Assembly: GCF_000143415.4 (NCBI RefSeq)
Contig: NW_003314264.1
Span: 2,117,710-2,181,709 of the forward strand
Direction: 5' to 3'
Source: Selaginella moellendorffii
Taxonomy: Eukaryota > Plantae > Lycopodiophyta
DNA length: 64,000 nt
Of the stretch, positions 1 through 14,600 are shown in pieces. The notes under the pieces are model-generated. The model saw nothing but the letters and a program-made list of their open reading frames with translations. It ran no database searches and was not told where the DNA came from. Both the position numbers and the translations under genes were made by a program. How positions within the stretch are numbered: the stretch's first letter is position 1; every line of letters starts with the position of its first letter.

Positions 1-362
1 AAAGCAAAACTTCAAGGTACAAACGAGGCATACAAAGTGGTTTTGTTTGGTCTGTGCTTGACCGGTTTTGGCTGCGCCGCCAGATGAAGCTACGAAAGTC
101 GAGCTCGCTGGGAAAGAGCTTCTTGTCCATCTCCACGGAGGTGTTTGAAGTGAGCCCGGAACTCTACATGGTGGAGCTGAGGAAGTCAGAGGGCGACACA
201 CTCGAGTACCGCACGGTAAGCAGAGAAGAATTTTAGCTGCCTTTCGTTTTCGGACAGCTGACAGAGGAATCTCTTTGTTGTTTCGTGTAGTTTTACAAGA
301 GCTTGTCCTCGAGCTTGAAGGACATCATCTGGTCATCAGACGACGATTTGCTGGCGACTTGA
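1..362 (+). CDS. CIPK: CBL-interacting protein kinase (CIPK/SnRK3), 3' exons only (..16, 84-215, 291-362)
   Basis: Spliced C-terminus MKLRK...STEVFEVSPELYMVELRKSEGDTLEYRT|FYKSLSSSLKDIIW* matches the CIPK C-terminal region; GT-AG introns at 17-83 and 216-290. Confidence 0.85.
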
Positions 363-860
363 AAGCCACGCTCGGTTCTTTTTTCGTGTTTTTCATCTTC
401 TTCCTCCTTTTTTTGCGCGAAGGGTCGTCACTTTGTACCATAGCCGGATCGAAAAAAGATCGTCAAAAGATCGTCAAAAGATTCATTTTGTCGAGAAAGG
501 AAGATACACACACAACACATATACTGTAAAAAGAGAAAATATATTCCTTTTTTTTCTGACTCCTGTAAAAAGAGAAAGGAAAAAGCATTATGTTTTTTTT
601 CCGACACCTGTAATAAGAGAGGAAAAAACATCATTTTTTTTTAATTCCGACTCGAGAGGAAAAAAACTATCATTTTTTTTTTCAAGCTTGTCTCTAGAAA
701 CAGCTAAATATTTACAAAAAGAGCCTTGGTTTTTCGTCCTTCCCTCTCCGTGTCAAAGTCCTTCAGTCAGGATTAATGTACAAGCTCGTTTTTTTACTTC
801 TTTACCTCCAAAGCTTTACCTTGAAGAAGTCTGGACTTCTTACAACCACCGCCACTGCTC

Positions 861-2094
861 TCAGCCATCGTCGTCATCTTCACAGTCGTAGTCGTCCTCT
901 TCCTCGTGGCCCCTCTCGGTGTGCAAATCTAACAGTCCTAACCTCATCTTGTCCGATGGTATTTGCGGCCACTCTTCCTCCTCCTCCTCCGCCGCCGCCG
1001 CTTCCTCTTTCTCTACACCCGCTGCTACTGCCTCTTTCTCCTTCTTCACGTCGCTACACCCTGCTATGTCCCCGTTCTCGTCCAGCCCCATGTTAAGATC
1101 AAAGTCCCGGGGCTGTGACTTCCCAACCGGCGCTTGTCCCTGTCCCTGTTTAGTCGAAGTTGATGTTGTGGTGATCGACGTCGTCGTCTTGGGGCTCCCT
1201 ATGTTGCTATCAGTATCGGTGCTACCATCGTTATCCATGTCCGCATCCGCGTCGTCAGATTTGTGGTGAGCTGCTGGTATTTCTAACCTCTCCGGAACAA
1301 CGTCGCCTCTACCGCCAGAGGTTCCGTTCCTACCTCTCCCCCTGCCTCGGCCCCTGCCTCTACCCCTTCCTACTGTAGTGGACTCCTGCGAAAAAAACAA
1401 AATTTTTACTCAGTTGGAAGGTTGAAAAAGTAGTTTGGGATCTTGAAGTCTTACCGATTTTGGTCTCTTGACTTCCTCTTCTTCCGAGCCATTGTCATCT
1501 CCGTCCGAGATTTTCCTACAGCACACACAGCGAGGCATGAGCCGCTGGCCAAAAGAAAATCACCGAAGAAGAAATGGGGGAAACGTAGTTTATACCTTCG
1601 GCGGCTACCATTTCTCTCGTCCGCGGTGTCAGAGCCCATGTCTGGGACCTTGGAAACTATTTCACGAAGAAAATCAAATACGCTATTAGTTTGGACACAT
1701 TGCTTCCTGCAAGAAAAAAGGATAAGACTGAGAAGGAAAGCAATCTAGTACTTACAAATGAGAAGAACTCATTGTCTTGGCCCCCCTCCCCAGAGTTATT
1801 TCATACGTCTTGTCACAAAGGTCTTGTAAGAAAAGCTCCAGAGCCTTTGCTGCGATTCAAGGCGATGGTGAAACAACTCTAGAAAAAAAATTCGAATTTT
1901 TACTTACAGATCAGCACAGGAGTCGCAAGAGCGATCTTCCCAACTTCCTCGTCCGCTTGCATTATCTTCTTTATCCTTGCCTGAGCAACAAAAGGAAACA
2001 ATCGAGCCCTAGTTAACGGCCAAAGCCAAGGAATCAAAACAAAGAAAAACAAAAATCCTACCGCAGGGAAGCGTGTGTCGAGCTTCTTCCTCAT
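861..2094 (-). CDS. DRAP1: Dr1-associated corepressor / NC2-alpha (histone fold, NF-YC11-like), multi-exon
   Basis: MRKKLDTRFPA|ARIKKIMQADEEVGKIALATPVLI...; later exons give LQDLCDKTYEITL and VFDFLREIVSKVPD; GR-repeat region, DFDLN motif and acidic tail; first intron 1981-2061 is GT-AG. Confidence 0.9.
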
Positions 2095-2235
2095 CTTCGC
2101 GACCAAAAAGCTGTGCTTAAACTAGTGACAAAGAACCTCTTTGCCGCAGCTCTCTCGCCCAATGCGTGGATCACACCCCCGGCGTCCCCAGCACGGCCAA
2201 ACAAAGAACACGAAGAACACGAAGAATCATCGCCC

Positions 2236-2407
2236 AAACCCTAACCCTAGCTCCCGTTGCTCCAAACAACTGCTATTTTTGAACGCTGTTACCGTCAGAT
2301 CATTTACATCAACGGCCAGGACTAAAGCCGGCCTTTTTTATAAACCGAGGAGAATAGTTTTCTTGGTTTTTAATGTTTCCCGCCAAAGTTTGGGGGAGCT
2401 AGGGTTT
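2236..2407. promoter_or_regulatory. Bidirectional promoter region with telo-box motifs between two histone-fold genes
   Basis: AAACCCTAA at about 2236 and TAGGGTTT at 2400-2407, between divergent ATGs at 2094 (-) and 2408 (+). Confidence 0.5.
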
Positions 2408-3477
2408 ATGGCTATGGCGGACGATCCAATCCAGGATGTTCTTGTCGAGGCAGGGCAGCGGCAATCTGGGGCTACTGTAGCGGCGCCTATCGAGATGGAA
2501 TCGGCCAGCGCTGGAGAAAAGGTCTTGGATGATATCGATGACGGGGTAAGAAGGGATTGAAATTTATTTCTAATGCGGCATTCCCGTTTCAAGAGAGCGC
2601 AAGACGAGGAAGAGTTCAATGGAACATCAGCTGTGCCGCCAGTGGAGCTCGAGAAAGACTCGAGTGAGAACGCGATTGGTGATGATCCAGACGAGGTGAG
2701 AAAGCTTTGTGATCAAAATCGAAGTTCTACAGTTTCCTTCTTTCCAGATTACCGAGAAAGAAGGCGGCAGCGAAGCAGAACAGGTTCCTTCCGCTCGAAA
2801 AGGAAAAGAAGAGCAAAGTTTCTGATTGATTCTTATTCTTTAGGAGGATGTCACGAAGGAACAAATGCCCGCAGTAGAGGAAGAAACGAACCGTGAGCCT
2901 GGTGAGTTCTAAGGAAAATAAAATTCTCTCTCACAGGCTTTCTATGACAGATGAATGCATGGAAAGTACTCCGGCAAACGATGGATCCAAGGAAAAGAAC
3001 GCCACCAACATCAGTGTTTCATTCCCACTAGCCAGGATCAAAAACATCATCAAGCTCGACAAAGAAATCAAGGTGGTGGCTCGTCCAGCGCTGATGGCCA
3101 TCACCCAAGCAGCACAGCAGTTCATCGAGAGCCTAACGTCGATTGCCTTCTCGGAGATGCTCAAAGGCAAGCGCAAGAGTCTCCGGCTCTCACACCTCGA
3201 GGCGGCTGTCAAACGAAAGAGGGAGTTCCTCGACTTCCTGGACGAGTCCATGGACATTTTTGAGGAGAAGGACGACAGTGCCGAAGAAGAAGGAGAAGAA
3301 GAGGAAGAGAACGACGATCCAAAGGCCAAGAGACAGCAGTTTCATCCTCCGCCTCCGGGAGCCCGATGCATCACGGATTTCTTTGGCAATCGCCAAGCTG
3401 AGCCATCAGGTGGACAAGCGTCTAGCTCTGGGAGCTATCACCAACAGGACCATCAAGTCGAGTGTGGAGACTACTAA
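2408..3477 (+). CDS. DPB3/POLE4-like histone-fold protein (plant NF-YC13/DPB3-2-like) with acidic N-terminal extension on short exons
   Basis: FPLARIKNIIKLDKEIKVVA...KRKSLRLSHLEAAVKR..DFLDES histone fold and C-terminal PPPGARCITDFF; start (2408 or 2414) and 5' exon structure are approximate. Confidence 0.75.
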
Positions 3478-5455
3478 TCGACGTTTACATGCTGGTCCAG
3501 TGCTGAGAAGTCCTCGAAGAAGAGCTTGAAGTGGCGGTACGAGTAACCAACGTCGTCAACTCCACACATCTCGCGGATGCTGTGCATGGAGAGCTGGGGA
3601 GCGCCAACGTCGACCGTCCGGATACCAACACCGCTAGCTAAGATTGGCCCGATCGTTGATCCGCAAGCCATATCGTTTCGGACGACGAAATCCTGCCAGA
3701 GAAGAAGAAAAATGTTAGTTTTCCTCGCGTTTTTCCTCTGGAAAAAAATTCTTATCACCTGTGTTGGAAGGTCCTGTCGTCTCGCAATCTCCTTGAAAAT
3801 AAATGACGTGACTGCGTTTGTGGCGTATCGCTGGTTCGCATTGTATTTCACGACGAGGCCTTTGTGCATCTTTGGCTGGTGATTCTCCTCGTGTTTATCC
3901 TGGTCAAGGCGTTTGTTTAGTTCAAAAACATTGTTTTTCCAAGATCCTTACCATATAGTTTGGATGTAAGCAGTGTGCCATATCAGCGGACACTAGCAAA
4001 CTTTGCTGGATTGCTTTCTCTACCTGGAAAAGATAACTTCAAGCAAGAGATAAGTGCGAACGAGTTTACTTACGTTCTGGGAGCTTTCCTCTCCCATGGA
4101 GATTGTGATCCGCTTGAGCGCATCCAGCATCACCGGAGAGCCGGCGCCTTGTGCGGAGTTGGATCCGACTTCCTCGTGGTCGAACAGAGCAACCATTCGC
4201 ACGACGGTCTCGTTCTCCAGGGAAGCTTCGGAGGTCGAGTCGATAAGGGCCTGGAGAAAAACGAGTAAGAAAACTGGAAAACAGAGATGGCTTTTACCTT
4301 CAACGAGCAAAAGGACATGCAAAGATTATCGAGCCTGCCAGAGAAAACAAACTCCTTGAGAGCGCCACCAATGGAGCTGGGCTGGGTGTCACAGACTTGC
4401 AGCTCAAAGTCACAAATATCATCGCTTTCGCAGCCTAGCTCCGAAGAAAGAATCTGGAGACCAGAGTAAACATGCAATTCCGTTGAAGTGTAAAATACCT
4501 TTAGAAGGAGAGAATGATGGTGTGCCTCGGCTTTGCTGTTTGCGTCCTCCGCCACCAAGGCTCCATTTTCATCAGGGAGCGACTTACTCAATTCATCCTA
4601 CACAAAAACTATGAAGACAATCATTCACTCCAACATAGAACTTCACCTTTATACAGGAAGCTAAAACTGGAACGAGCTGTGTTTGGGTATTGATCTTAAA
4701 CCCCTCAGAAACAGTCCTGAAAAAACGATCCAGCACTCGTAAGAAAAAGAAGAGGAAAACAAATCGAGCTTTTCGTACTTGTCAAGATGGATAGCTAGCG
4801 TTGGTATGCGAAGGATTGGCTCCTTGACGTGAACGAGCTCGTGAGAGAAGCCATTTCCACGCCTGACCATAACTCTCCCTGCGACTGTAAGGTCCCGATC
4901 GAACCAGGTATGCCATAAACCACTGCCATACGTCTGGACTCCCAGTTCCAGAAATCCTCCTTTGACAATCTTCCAAGCAAAAACTAACTTCATCAGGGAA
5001 GAAAAAAAAATCTAGCGGACATGCTAACCTTTGAGCGTGGCTTGAGCTTTGGACACGGACTATCTGTGTGAGCTCCCACGATAGCAAATCCACAACCAGG
5101 GTAAAACCTGGAAAACCAACAATGAACCAAAACTGGAAAGAAAAAAAAGGAAAAGGTACCTCTTGCCAATAGCAAATGCGACGATAGTGGAGAAATTCCT
5201 CGTGAAATAGTAAGTGCCGCCGGGCAAGAGCGCCCAGGAATCCCTCTCGGACAATTGCGTGAACCCAGCGGCTTCTAGCCTTCGCTTAGCTTCGGCTGGA
5301 GAAGAGAAATGGTAATCAAACGCGCCGGCCAGGCACGAATCGCTAAGTAAAACGATCTTACCGACTGCGTGGAACGGCGTAGGCGCGGCATTGAGGAAAG
5401 AGATCAAATCCGAAGCAGTTTCCTGAGCTCCCAGAATCGCCGCCTTCATCTCCAT
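3474..5455 (-). CDS. DNPEP: Aspartyl aminopeptidase (M18 family), multi-exon
   Basis: Motifs [70 protein letters not shown]; short GT-AG introns. Confidence 0.95.
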
Positions 5456-7365
5456 AAACCCTAAATCTGGAAAGATTAAGCTAACCAGTTATATTTAATT
5501 AGGAACGAAATTTTAATGTCATCACTAATTCCAAAGAAGAAATAAACTTTAATTAAAATTTAATATTTTCTAAGTTAAAGGTTTGTTATAATTCATCTAT
5601 TTTAAAAAAATTATAGAATTTATTAAATATTACTAAACTAACATAGCTATATATCATTTATACATGCTTCAAAAAATAAAACTCATAATAATGTTTTGTA
5701 TTCATCATAAAGTTATTCACATAATCAGAATTAATCTTTCTATCATATTTTGCAAAAATGAACATTTCAAAAGAAAACTAAAAATAATGACATTACATCA
5801 TTCAACTATAATCAATCATATAAAATATTAATGATAATTAATTTTGAGAACTAAAAAATATATTTTGAGGAAAATTTCTTAAGAATCAAACTCAATCTCC
5901 CTACAATGAAAATATAAAAATAATTTAATATTAATTTAAATACCACTTATAACATATTTATATAAAACAATTGTGAAGTTTAAGATGCTATATACTAATA
6001 TTAGCGTAGTGGGATTTTGGTAACCATCGGATTTATTTTAATTCAGACCGCTCACTCTTGTATATAAATTAGAGTTTTTGGGCTAATTGATATGCACATT
6101 TTCTATATTTCCTTTTCATATTCCAAACACTCACATTGGTGGAGGTGAGGGGCATTTTCCATTGTCCCTGAGAGTGCTTGAATTTAGGATTTTGGTTTAA
6201 ATTTAGCTTTTGAATTGTTTAGATTTAACGTTTTCTATTTCCTTTTTTTTATTCTTTCTTTTCAGGATTTTGGTTTAAATCTAACTTTTCCATTGTCTAG
6301 ATCTCCTTTTCTTTCTAGTTTTTTCTCATTTCTCTTTTTTTGCTTTTTCCTTTTCATTCATCTTCATGGCAAAGTAGTAGTCTCCTCCTCTGACTCTAGA
6401 GCAGCAGTTGGTGCAATTGTTTGATGCCATGCAATTGTAATTAAACAACCAAACTCAATTGATGGTGGCATTCACAACACATAGTAAAGCTCCTCTTGCT
6501 CTTGGTGCCAATATTTGCATTTGACTGAAGATCTTTTGTGGGAATCTTGAGGATGATGTGTACTATTGGTTCGATCACTTCACAATGATTGCCATATATC
6601 ATTTTTGGGATGATGCTCGACATTTGCGTGAGTTTCCCACATGGCTCTAGGGACAGCATTGCAATAGTATAATGGTTTGAGTGCAGCCACTCGTGGGGAT
6701 TGGAGTGTTTTCTAGAATGTCTTCAAATGCGCATTTGGACATGCTGATGATTGTGATGATGATTTTTAGCAATTGCATCGTCTTTGTCAAGGGCCATTTG
6801 AGGTGGTGATGCAATTTGGCGTTCATTTCCAAAGCCTTTTTCTTCATGCGGAGCCAAATATATCAGAGAGAATCAAGCTAGGAATGTTGTGGCCAGCACT
6901 TCGTTAAGATCTTGTCGGACTTGTGTATGCACTTTCTCCAGCCACCCTTGACGATGCTCTTCACTTGGCACAATGTTACGAGATGTCGCCTCTTCCACTT
7001 CTTGCTGCACATCTTTCCACTCCACTTCCTATGAGCGATGGTCCTGTTCCAAGAGGTTGATGCTGCTGCTACTCGAGTCCAAGGACAAGGGCGAGGATGT
7101 GGTTATGGCCGTGATATTCGCTATTGGGCATGTGATGAAGTTGGTCACACTTATCAGCGTTATTGGCATTTTCCAGATTGGTGACCTCCATTTCTTGGGT
7201 GGAGACCTTGGCGTCAACAACTTTTTATTGGTGCTACTGCAGTGGAAAGTCTAGACACCGAGATGCATCTGGGAAATAAAGAGTCATGCGAGTAATAGGG
7301 GACCTTGTGCGAATAAGTCAATAACCCCTCCATTTTTTTTTTGGGAGTATCATCAAGGGGTTCAT

Positions 7366-7993
7366 TTAGCACTGATTCATCTAGTGTTTACTTTCCAAGC
7401 TCATTTTTATAACAAAAGGTCTTCTATTATTCTCTCTGTGTTAGTTGATACAGGTTCGAGTTTATCTTTTATTGCTCAACCTGTTGCCACACATTGCCGT
7501 CTACACTTGCATTGTGCAACAAAACCAATTTTCATTCATTATAGCAATAGCCATACACATGCATGTGTATGAGATCAGGCAGACCTAGTTGTGTGTGTAG
7601 GTGATCTCAAGCTTGAGTTGTAGTCATTGCAAGTGGTGTCAAGTCAAGCTTTTGACCTCATCCTTGGTATGGGTTGTAGCGCAATCATGTTAAGTATGAC
7701 TTTGAGGTTTTTCCCACTTGTCTCATACTTCCTTATATTTCATCTATTCCTCTCATTTCCGTACTTCTTTATCCTTCTACTTTTACCTCTACTTCTATTA
7801 TTTTTGTCTCCCCACTACTTCCTCCTACATTTCTATCTTGTTCCACTCTTCCTTTCCAACAATCTTCGTATTATAGTGGTTGACCAGCTTATGAAGGAGT
7901 ATGCTAATCTCTTTAAATTTGACTTATCATCTGGGGCCAAGATTGCCACATGTTATCCGATTCCAATTGGGGATGCTCGTTCAATCAAGGTTC
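7366..7993 (+). pseudogene. Degenerate Ty3/gypsy pol, protease part (continues at 30853)
   Basis: VLVDTGSSLSFI and FDLILGM protease motifs. Removing the TSD-flanked insertion rejoins to ...IKVPYSLS, typical of the start of RT. Confidence 0.7.
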
Positions 7994-8638
7994 TGTAAGT
8001 GACTAATTTTTCCATTCCACTTTAGTCACTTAACCACATTTCCAACCACTTAAAGGAGTCTCATTCACAACCTCTATAAGTCTAACTCAAGACTTGGGGC
8101 TTGCTAGCCCCGAGAATGGCATCCATACCATTTAACCTTTGCACTCAGTCCAAGTACTCCACATGTCCAATCCCATGACCAACATTGGGTATAGTTTTCT
8201 TGGGCCAAACTGGCCTTTCCTAGCTAAATTGACTCCACTGGGGTCTAACCCCCACACTCTCCTTACCATACTTTTGGAACCCCTTGTAGCCCCTCCCCTG
8301 GGGGACAATTTCACCCAACAGCCTATATTAGTATTCGGACTCGGACTCGGACTCGAATTCGGACTTGGTCTTGGACTCGAACTTGGTCTCGGTCTTGGAC
8401 TTGGATTTGGTCTCAGTCTCAGTCTCGGTTCCATCTCGGACTCCATCTTGAGTCCATTTTGGGTCCATTTCGGACTTCATTTTGGGTCCATCTCGGACTC
8501 CATCTTGAGTCCATCTCGAACTCCATCTCAAGTCCATCTCGGACTCCATCTCGAGTCCATCTCGGACTCCATCTCAAATCCATCTTGGGTTCATATCGAA
8601 TCCATCTTGGGTCCATTTCAGACTCCATCTCACACTCC

Positions 8639-11600
8639 TGTAAGCGACTAATTTTTCCATTCTACTTTAGTCCCTTAACCACACCTCTGCCCACTTGGAG
8701 GAGTTTCATTCACAACCTCCATAAGTCCAATTCAGGACTTGGGACTTGCTAGCCCTAAGAGTGGCATCCATGCCACTCCACCCTTGCACCTGGTCCAAGT
8801 GCTCCATGTGTCCGATCCCATGACCGACACTCAAAGGTACCACCGACATAGCAGCCTGTTACGCTAAGGCCATTCCCAATCACCTTTGCCACACCGGTAG
8901 TCCAATACCACTTGCAACACAGTCTTGTCTCTCAAAGACTGAGCCAACCATCCATGAGTGGTCATCCCAAATCCACTCCTTAGCATCCTTAGGATGCCCA
9001 CCGACAAGGGGAACAGCCTTCCCCAATATCCCTTTGTCTGTCCCTACTAAGTCCCTTTCTACCCTCGGCCGTGTTAGCCAACACTGCCACTGGATCGAGG
9101 CCCACAAGCCTGACCACTAAGTCCCATGGTCCTCTGGGACTTCCTCACCACATGACCGTATCCTTGGCCACCACACCAAAGGACTGCTCATTTTCCTTTC
9201 CACAGTCTGGGACTTTGGGACAACACTTTGGAACACCGTGGCCTTACGCGAGCCACCTGGGTACTCTCCCCACCTTCCGCCATTGGGTGCTCTAGACATG
9301 GGCTTAGAGCGAGGTTCCGTTGAGCCACACCTGGTATCCAAGTAGGTAGTGCCACCCACACTTGGACTGGGAGCATCGGATAGTCAATCTCCCGGAGGAA
9401 CTAGAGCCGGCTCTTAAACACTTCACCAAGCTCAGTTCCCATTGATATAACTTTTGCACTTTGGAATTTTTAATTTTGACTTTTTGGAGTCAATTTCCTA
9501 GGTGTCTCTAACACCTTGCTTTGCACTTTTTGTGCAACTCCGCTTCCCCATCCTAGGGAGTTCTCTACTTGAAGGCACCATCATCCTCTTTTATATTTTG
9601 TGCCACCATTGGCACTACGTTCCAATTATCATTATTTGTGCTAGGGCTGTCCACGGCCCTATTATTTGGCTACATTACCACTCCCCCCTTTGGAGCATCC
9701 ACTTTTGCCAAATCGGAGCGGTTGGGAATCCATCCTTGGGGAAACATTGCCTTTCCCACAATCCATTAGCACCCAATACATTAGTGTTCTCGGCTTAACT
9801 TTGCCATTTGGACTTTTTCGCATGATTCCTATAGCTCTTTTCTTAGCCACTAGTCTTTTGCTCCTATCCTTGATTGTTGCACCCAGTAACATAGGATTGC
9901 TACCTCCATTTTTGAGGTTTCCTTTCGGTTCCATAACAAACACTTTGCTTTGCCAAGTCCAGAGGGTGTTCATCCCTAGTACGTCTCTTTAACATTTTCT
10001 ATCATGGGCTTTATCATGGCCCAACTTTTTGAGACCCTCCCTTGGATCTCTTATAGAGACTACTTTCCTTGGACTTACTATGCCATAGCATTGACATAGC
10101 TCATTTCCCTTAGGTGTTCTTCCCACTTGGTCACCTTGACCAAACCACACCTTTATCAATAGTTCAAATCAACACTTTGAACTAGGAATCATATTCCTTA
10201 ACCCAAACAAAGACTTTATCCTTGTTTAGTTATAAGATCACCTAGTGATCTCATCTTGACCCCTTAATAGGTCTATCAATAGGAATTAGGTCTTCCAGAC
10301 CCTTCTAAGTTGTTGACTATGACCCCGGGGGCATCCCCCACATTTGGCGGTGTGCCCAAGCTAGCCCTTCCAGCCAAGGATCCATAGCAACTGAGACTTG
10401 GGTGTCCCCATCTCATTCACCACATCCTTGGTGCCTTTTGCACCAAAGTGTTCAAGTTAGATATGCTGAGCTTTCACTCTAAGCAATCTAACCGTGCATC
10501 ACGACTCCGAGGCATCCCTTGCTTGGCGGTGTGCCCAAACCAGTCTTACCACCAAAATATGAGTGTCCTCATATTCCAATCTATCACCACGCCTTAGTGA
10601 TTTGGGACTCGAACCCAAGAACTAGAGGGTCGGGACTCGAACCCAACCTTCATATATGCATCTATGGACGGCATCACCTTAGATGGCTGGCGTGACTCAT
10701 CACGCCGGTGCACGAACTTATACTTGTTATAGATCACAGCTTAGGAACCTAGTTCCTCCACACTGCCAAGTCCTCTCACTTGACAAGTCCATGATCATGC
10801 ATGGACTCCTCCATGGTTGGCCCCATGGCTCACCCTTTTTGAAGTAATGACCTTCAACTAGGGTATTCGTTCCCCCGACTTGCCAATCTCGCTTGGCAAG
10901 TCCTCCGACCACTGTAACATGGTTCCTACATAAGCGTGAAAGTCCTTGACCATCAACTTTCGTTCAAAGCCCTCTCTTTGAACACTCAGGAACTACTTCC
11001 CTAACCTTGATAGCCTTGCCTCATGGCAAGCTTCAAGACCACGCTTTTGCTGCGCCATTCTGATTTTGCGCGTTCTATGAACCATTTACACTTGGCCTTT
11101 CTAAGTACTAAGCTACCTAGAATCATCTTTGGGAACCTTGAAGGAACTCTGTCCCTTAGCTTGCTAAGGCCTTCCTTTTCGCAAGCTTTATAGTTGCCAT
11201 ATAGTCTAACATGGACAATTCCATATTTTAAACTCTTCATGGCATCACGGTTGCTAACAACAACATCCTCGAGCACCCTCTTGATTCTCCACTCCCAACT
11301 TGCATAACCACTGTTGGATATGCCCTTCGATTTCTATGGTTCATTTCCATCCCAATACTACTTGCCTTTTGGCCCCATATGTTTCCTTTGGTTATTCTCC
11401 TCCAAACTAAGAGGATAACTTTGCACATTTTACTATGCCTTAGCAAGTATACTTAGGGATGAACCTACCTGATAGCCTAGGGAGTGGTTCCTCAATCTTG
11501 GGCATGCTCACCTTATAATCCCACACACCAGGGTTAACATTGTTGCTTATGGGCCTTTACATGCCCATCACTAGCTTTGCCAAAATTTCATTTTTGGCTT

Positions 11601-14600
11601 TGTCCAATTCGGGTAGACAGTCTTCTCCTGTCTCCATAATCTTGGACATTTGGATAGCACCTTCTATCCATCATTCGCTAGGGACTTAGTCCCTTGGGCC
11701 TTATCTATTGCCCTTGCGACATGAAACACCACCTCCTGGTGTTCTAGAGTGTTTGGGTGTCCCAATCATGGCCTCCGGACAATGAGCATTCCTGTTTACG
11801 ACATTGACTTACTATATCGCAACATAAGCAATTTATCCCCCGTAAAGGTATATCTAACTTCTTTATGCCATTAAGAAGTCTTGGGTAGTTACCTTTTACC
11901 CGTTTAACCAATTATCTTGCACCTCTTGCTTAGTTGCCCCATATCTGTCAAGTCCTACAACTCATTGCTTAGTGCTTCCACACTTCCATCATTATCTGGG
12001 TCACCACACTCCAACCGCATGCATTCCAACTTAGGCCATGCCTTTCCCGCTTCCCTTGGCAAGGGGTTCTTATGAACCCACCATCATAACCTCAAGGTAT
12101 CACACCTTGGCACATTTGGTGTCTCCACACGATCGGCCCCACGAGCCTACCCTTATGACACTACTTATTAGTGTCTAGGTCTTTGCCAAGACCAATATAG
12201 TTGTTCTTCATGCTAACTATCCGTTAGCACCGCACCATAGTGCTTGCACCCAACTCTGGGCCAAAGTTGCTTTTTTCTGGGAACATCTTTTCCACAACTT
12301 TAATATGGCACATTTGGCCATTAATGAGATACCTACTGTTCTCATACTTGGATCTTATGATCCTCCCCATACCTCATGGGGCACTATACACCTCAGTCCA
12401 AATGCTTCAACCAATCCCTTAGGACCATTCCCTGACTCCGCTTGAGTCATCCAGCATTTTGGACTTTGCTAATCCAACAACCTGTAAGGTCTCAGTCTTA
12501 AAGGTGCCAACTCACTGGAATACAACTTCTTGTATTCATGTCCTACGCACAAGGACAATATTTGCAAGTGTTACTCTGACACTTGATGATTTTCTTGGGG
12601 CTAACCTTTGCACCTTAGGACCACTTATCCATGGGATGAGAATACCAACTCATCCTCTAAATACACCCCCACCTCCTTGGGTTGTTCTAGCATTTATTAG
12701 AGGTAGTTCCGGCTACCATTTCAAGGACTTGTGTCCTTTTCCGTATTTGACCTCCCGCGGTCATTACTTATGGTCTCACATTCATGAGCACTCACCTCAA
12801 CTATATAAGGATAATCTTGTGACTCCTTTATTGTTTTGGAGTTTTTATTTTTCCTGTGATCCTAACTATAGTTGTTTACCACAACTACATTAGCCAGTTT
12901 GCAAAGTCAAACGCTCATCTGGATCACATCCTCAACTCTATGAGGAAACCTTTATATTGTTCCCAAGATCCCAAAGTCATTCCCTTACTACCCCTTTTTC
13001 CATCCACCACATCGTGTGCAAGTTCATGCATGAACTTGAGTGGAGAGCCATGTCTTTTCGACATGCTACTCCTCGAGGATAGGTTCATATCTAGGACCCT
13101 CCGATTCCAATACAAGCGGTGATATACTTGGCCACCAATAAGAGTCGGACTAAGGAACAGCTCCGATACCAAGTTGTAAGCGACTAATTTTTCCATTCTA
13201 GTTTAGTCCTTTAACCACACCTCTGCCCACTTAGAGGAGTCTCATTCACAACCTCTATAAGTCCAATTCAGGACTTGGGACTTGCTAGCCCCAAGAGTGG
13301 CATCCATGCCACTCCACCCTTGCACCTGGTCCAAGTGCTCCACGTGTCCGATCCCATGACCGACACTCAAAGGTACCACCGACATAGCAGCCTGTTACGC
13401 TAAGGCCATTCCCAATCACCTTTGCCACACCAGTAGTCCAATACCACTTGCAACACAGTCTTGTCTCTCAAAGACTGAGCCAACCATCCATGAGTGGTCA
13501 TCCCAGATCCACTCCTTAGCATCCTTAGGATGCCCACCGACAAGGGGAACAACCTTCCCCAATATCCCTTTGTCTGTCCCTACTAAGTCCCTTTCTACCC
13601 TCGGCCGTGTTAGCCAACACTGCCACTGGATCGAGGCCCACAAGCCTGACCACTAAGTCCCATGGTCCTCTGGGACTTCCTCACCACATGACCGTATCCT
13701 TGGCCACCACACCAAAGGACTGCTCCTTTTCCTTTCCACAGTCTGGGACTTTGGGACAACACTTTGGAACACCGTGGCCTTACGCGAGCCACCTGGGTAC
13801 TCTCCCCGCCTTCCGCCATTGGGTGCTCTAGACATGGGCTTAGAGCGAGGTTCCGTTGAGCCACACCTGGTATCCAAGTAGGTAGTGCCACCCACACTTG
13901 GACTGGGAGCATCGGCTAGTCGATCTCCCGGAGGAACTAGAGCCGGCTCTTGAACACTTCACCAAGCTACCCCACTTGTCGGTCTGTATTCACTCTAGTC
14001 TTGGACTTCCTAGTGGTCAGTTCATCACCCAACACTGGGTCTGGCCTTCTTGGGCCAAACTGGCCTTTCCTGGCCAAACTGGCTCCACTGCAGTCCTCCC
14101 CCTTACTATACTTTTGGAGCTCACCAAACCCCCCAGGGTCTGGGAGACGAACGCTTTGGGCTTTCACCCTCTCAGACTTGAACTCGGACTCAGATTCGGA
14201 CTTGGACTCAGACTCGGACTTGGACTCGGACTCGGACTCGGACTCGGGCTCGGACTTGGGCTCGGTCTCGGCCTCCGCCTCGGTCTCGATCTCGGTCCCG
14301 GTCTCGGTCTCGGTCTCGGTCCCGGTCTCGGTCCCAGTCTCGGTCTTGACCTCAGACTCCATCTCGGGTCCTTCTCGGACTCCATCTCGGGTCCTTCTCG
14401 GACTCCATCTTGGGTCCATCTTGGACTCCATCTCGGACTCCGTCTCAGTCCATCTCGAACTTCATCTCGGACTCCGTCTCGGTCCATCTCGGACTCCATC
14501 TCGGTCCATCTCGGACTCCACTTTGGACTCCATCTCGGACTCCACCTCGGACTCCACCTCGGACTCCATCTCGGACTCCATCTCGGACTCCGTCTCGTAC

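Noticed and set aside
275-1269. Plus-strand ORFs over the CIPK 3' UTR and antisense to DRAP1
   Set aside because: Low-complexity shadow frames of real genes and UTRs.
6215-7260. Short ORFs between DNPEP and the gypsy remnant
   Set aside because: No recognisable motifs and many stops; probably a decayed repeat.
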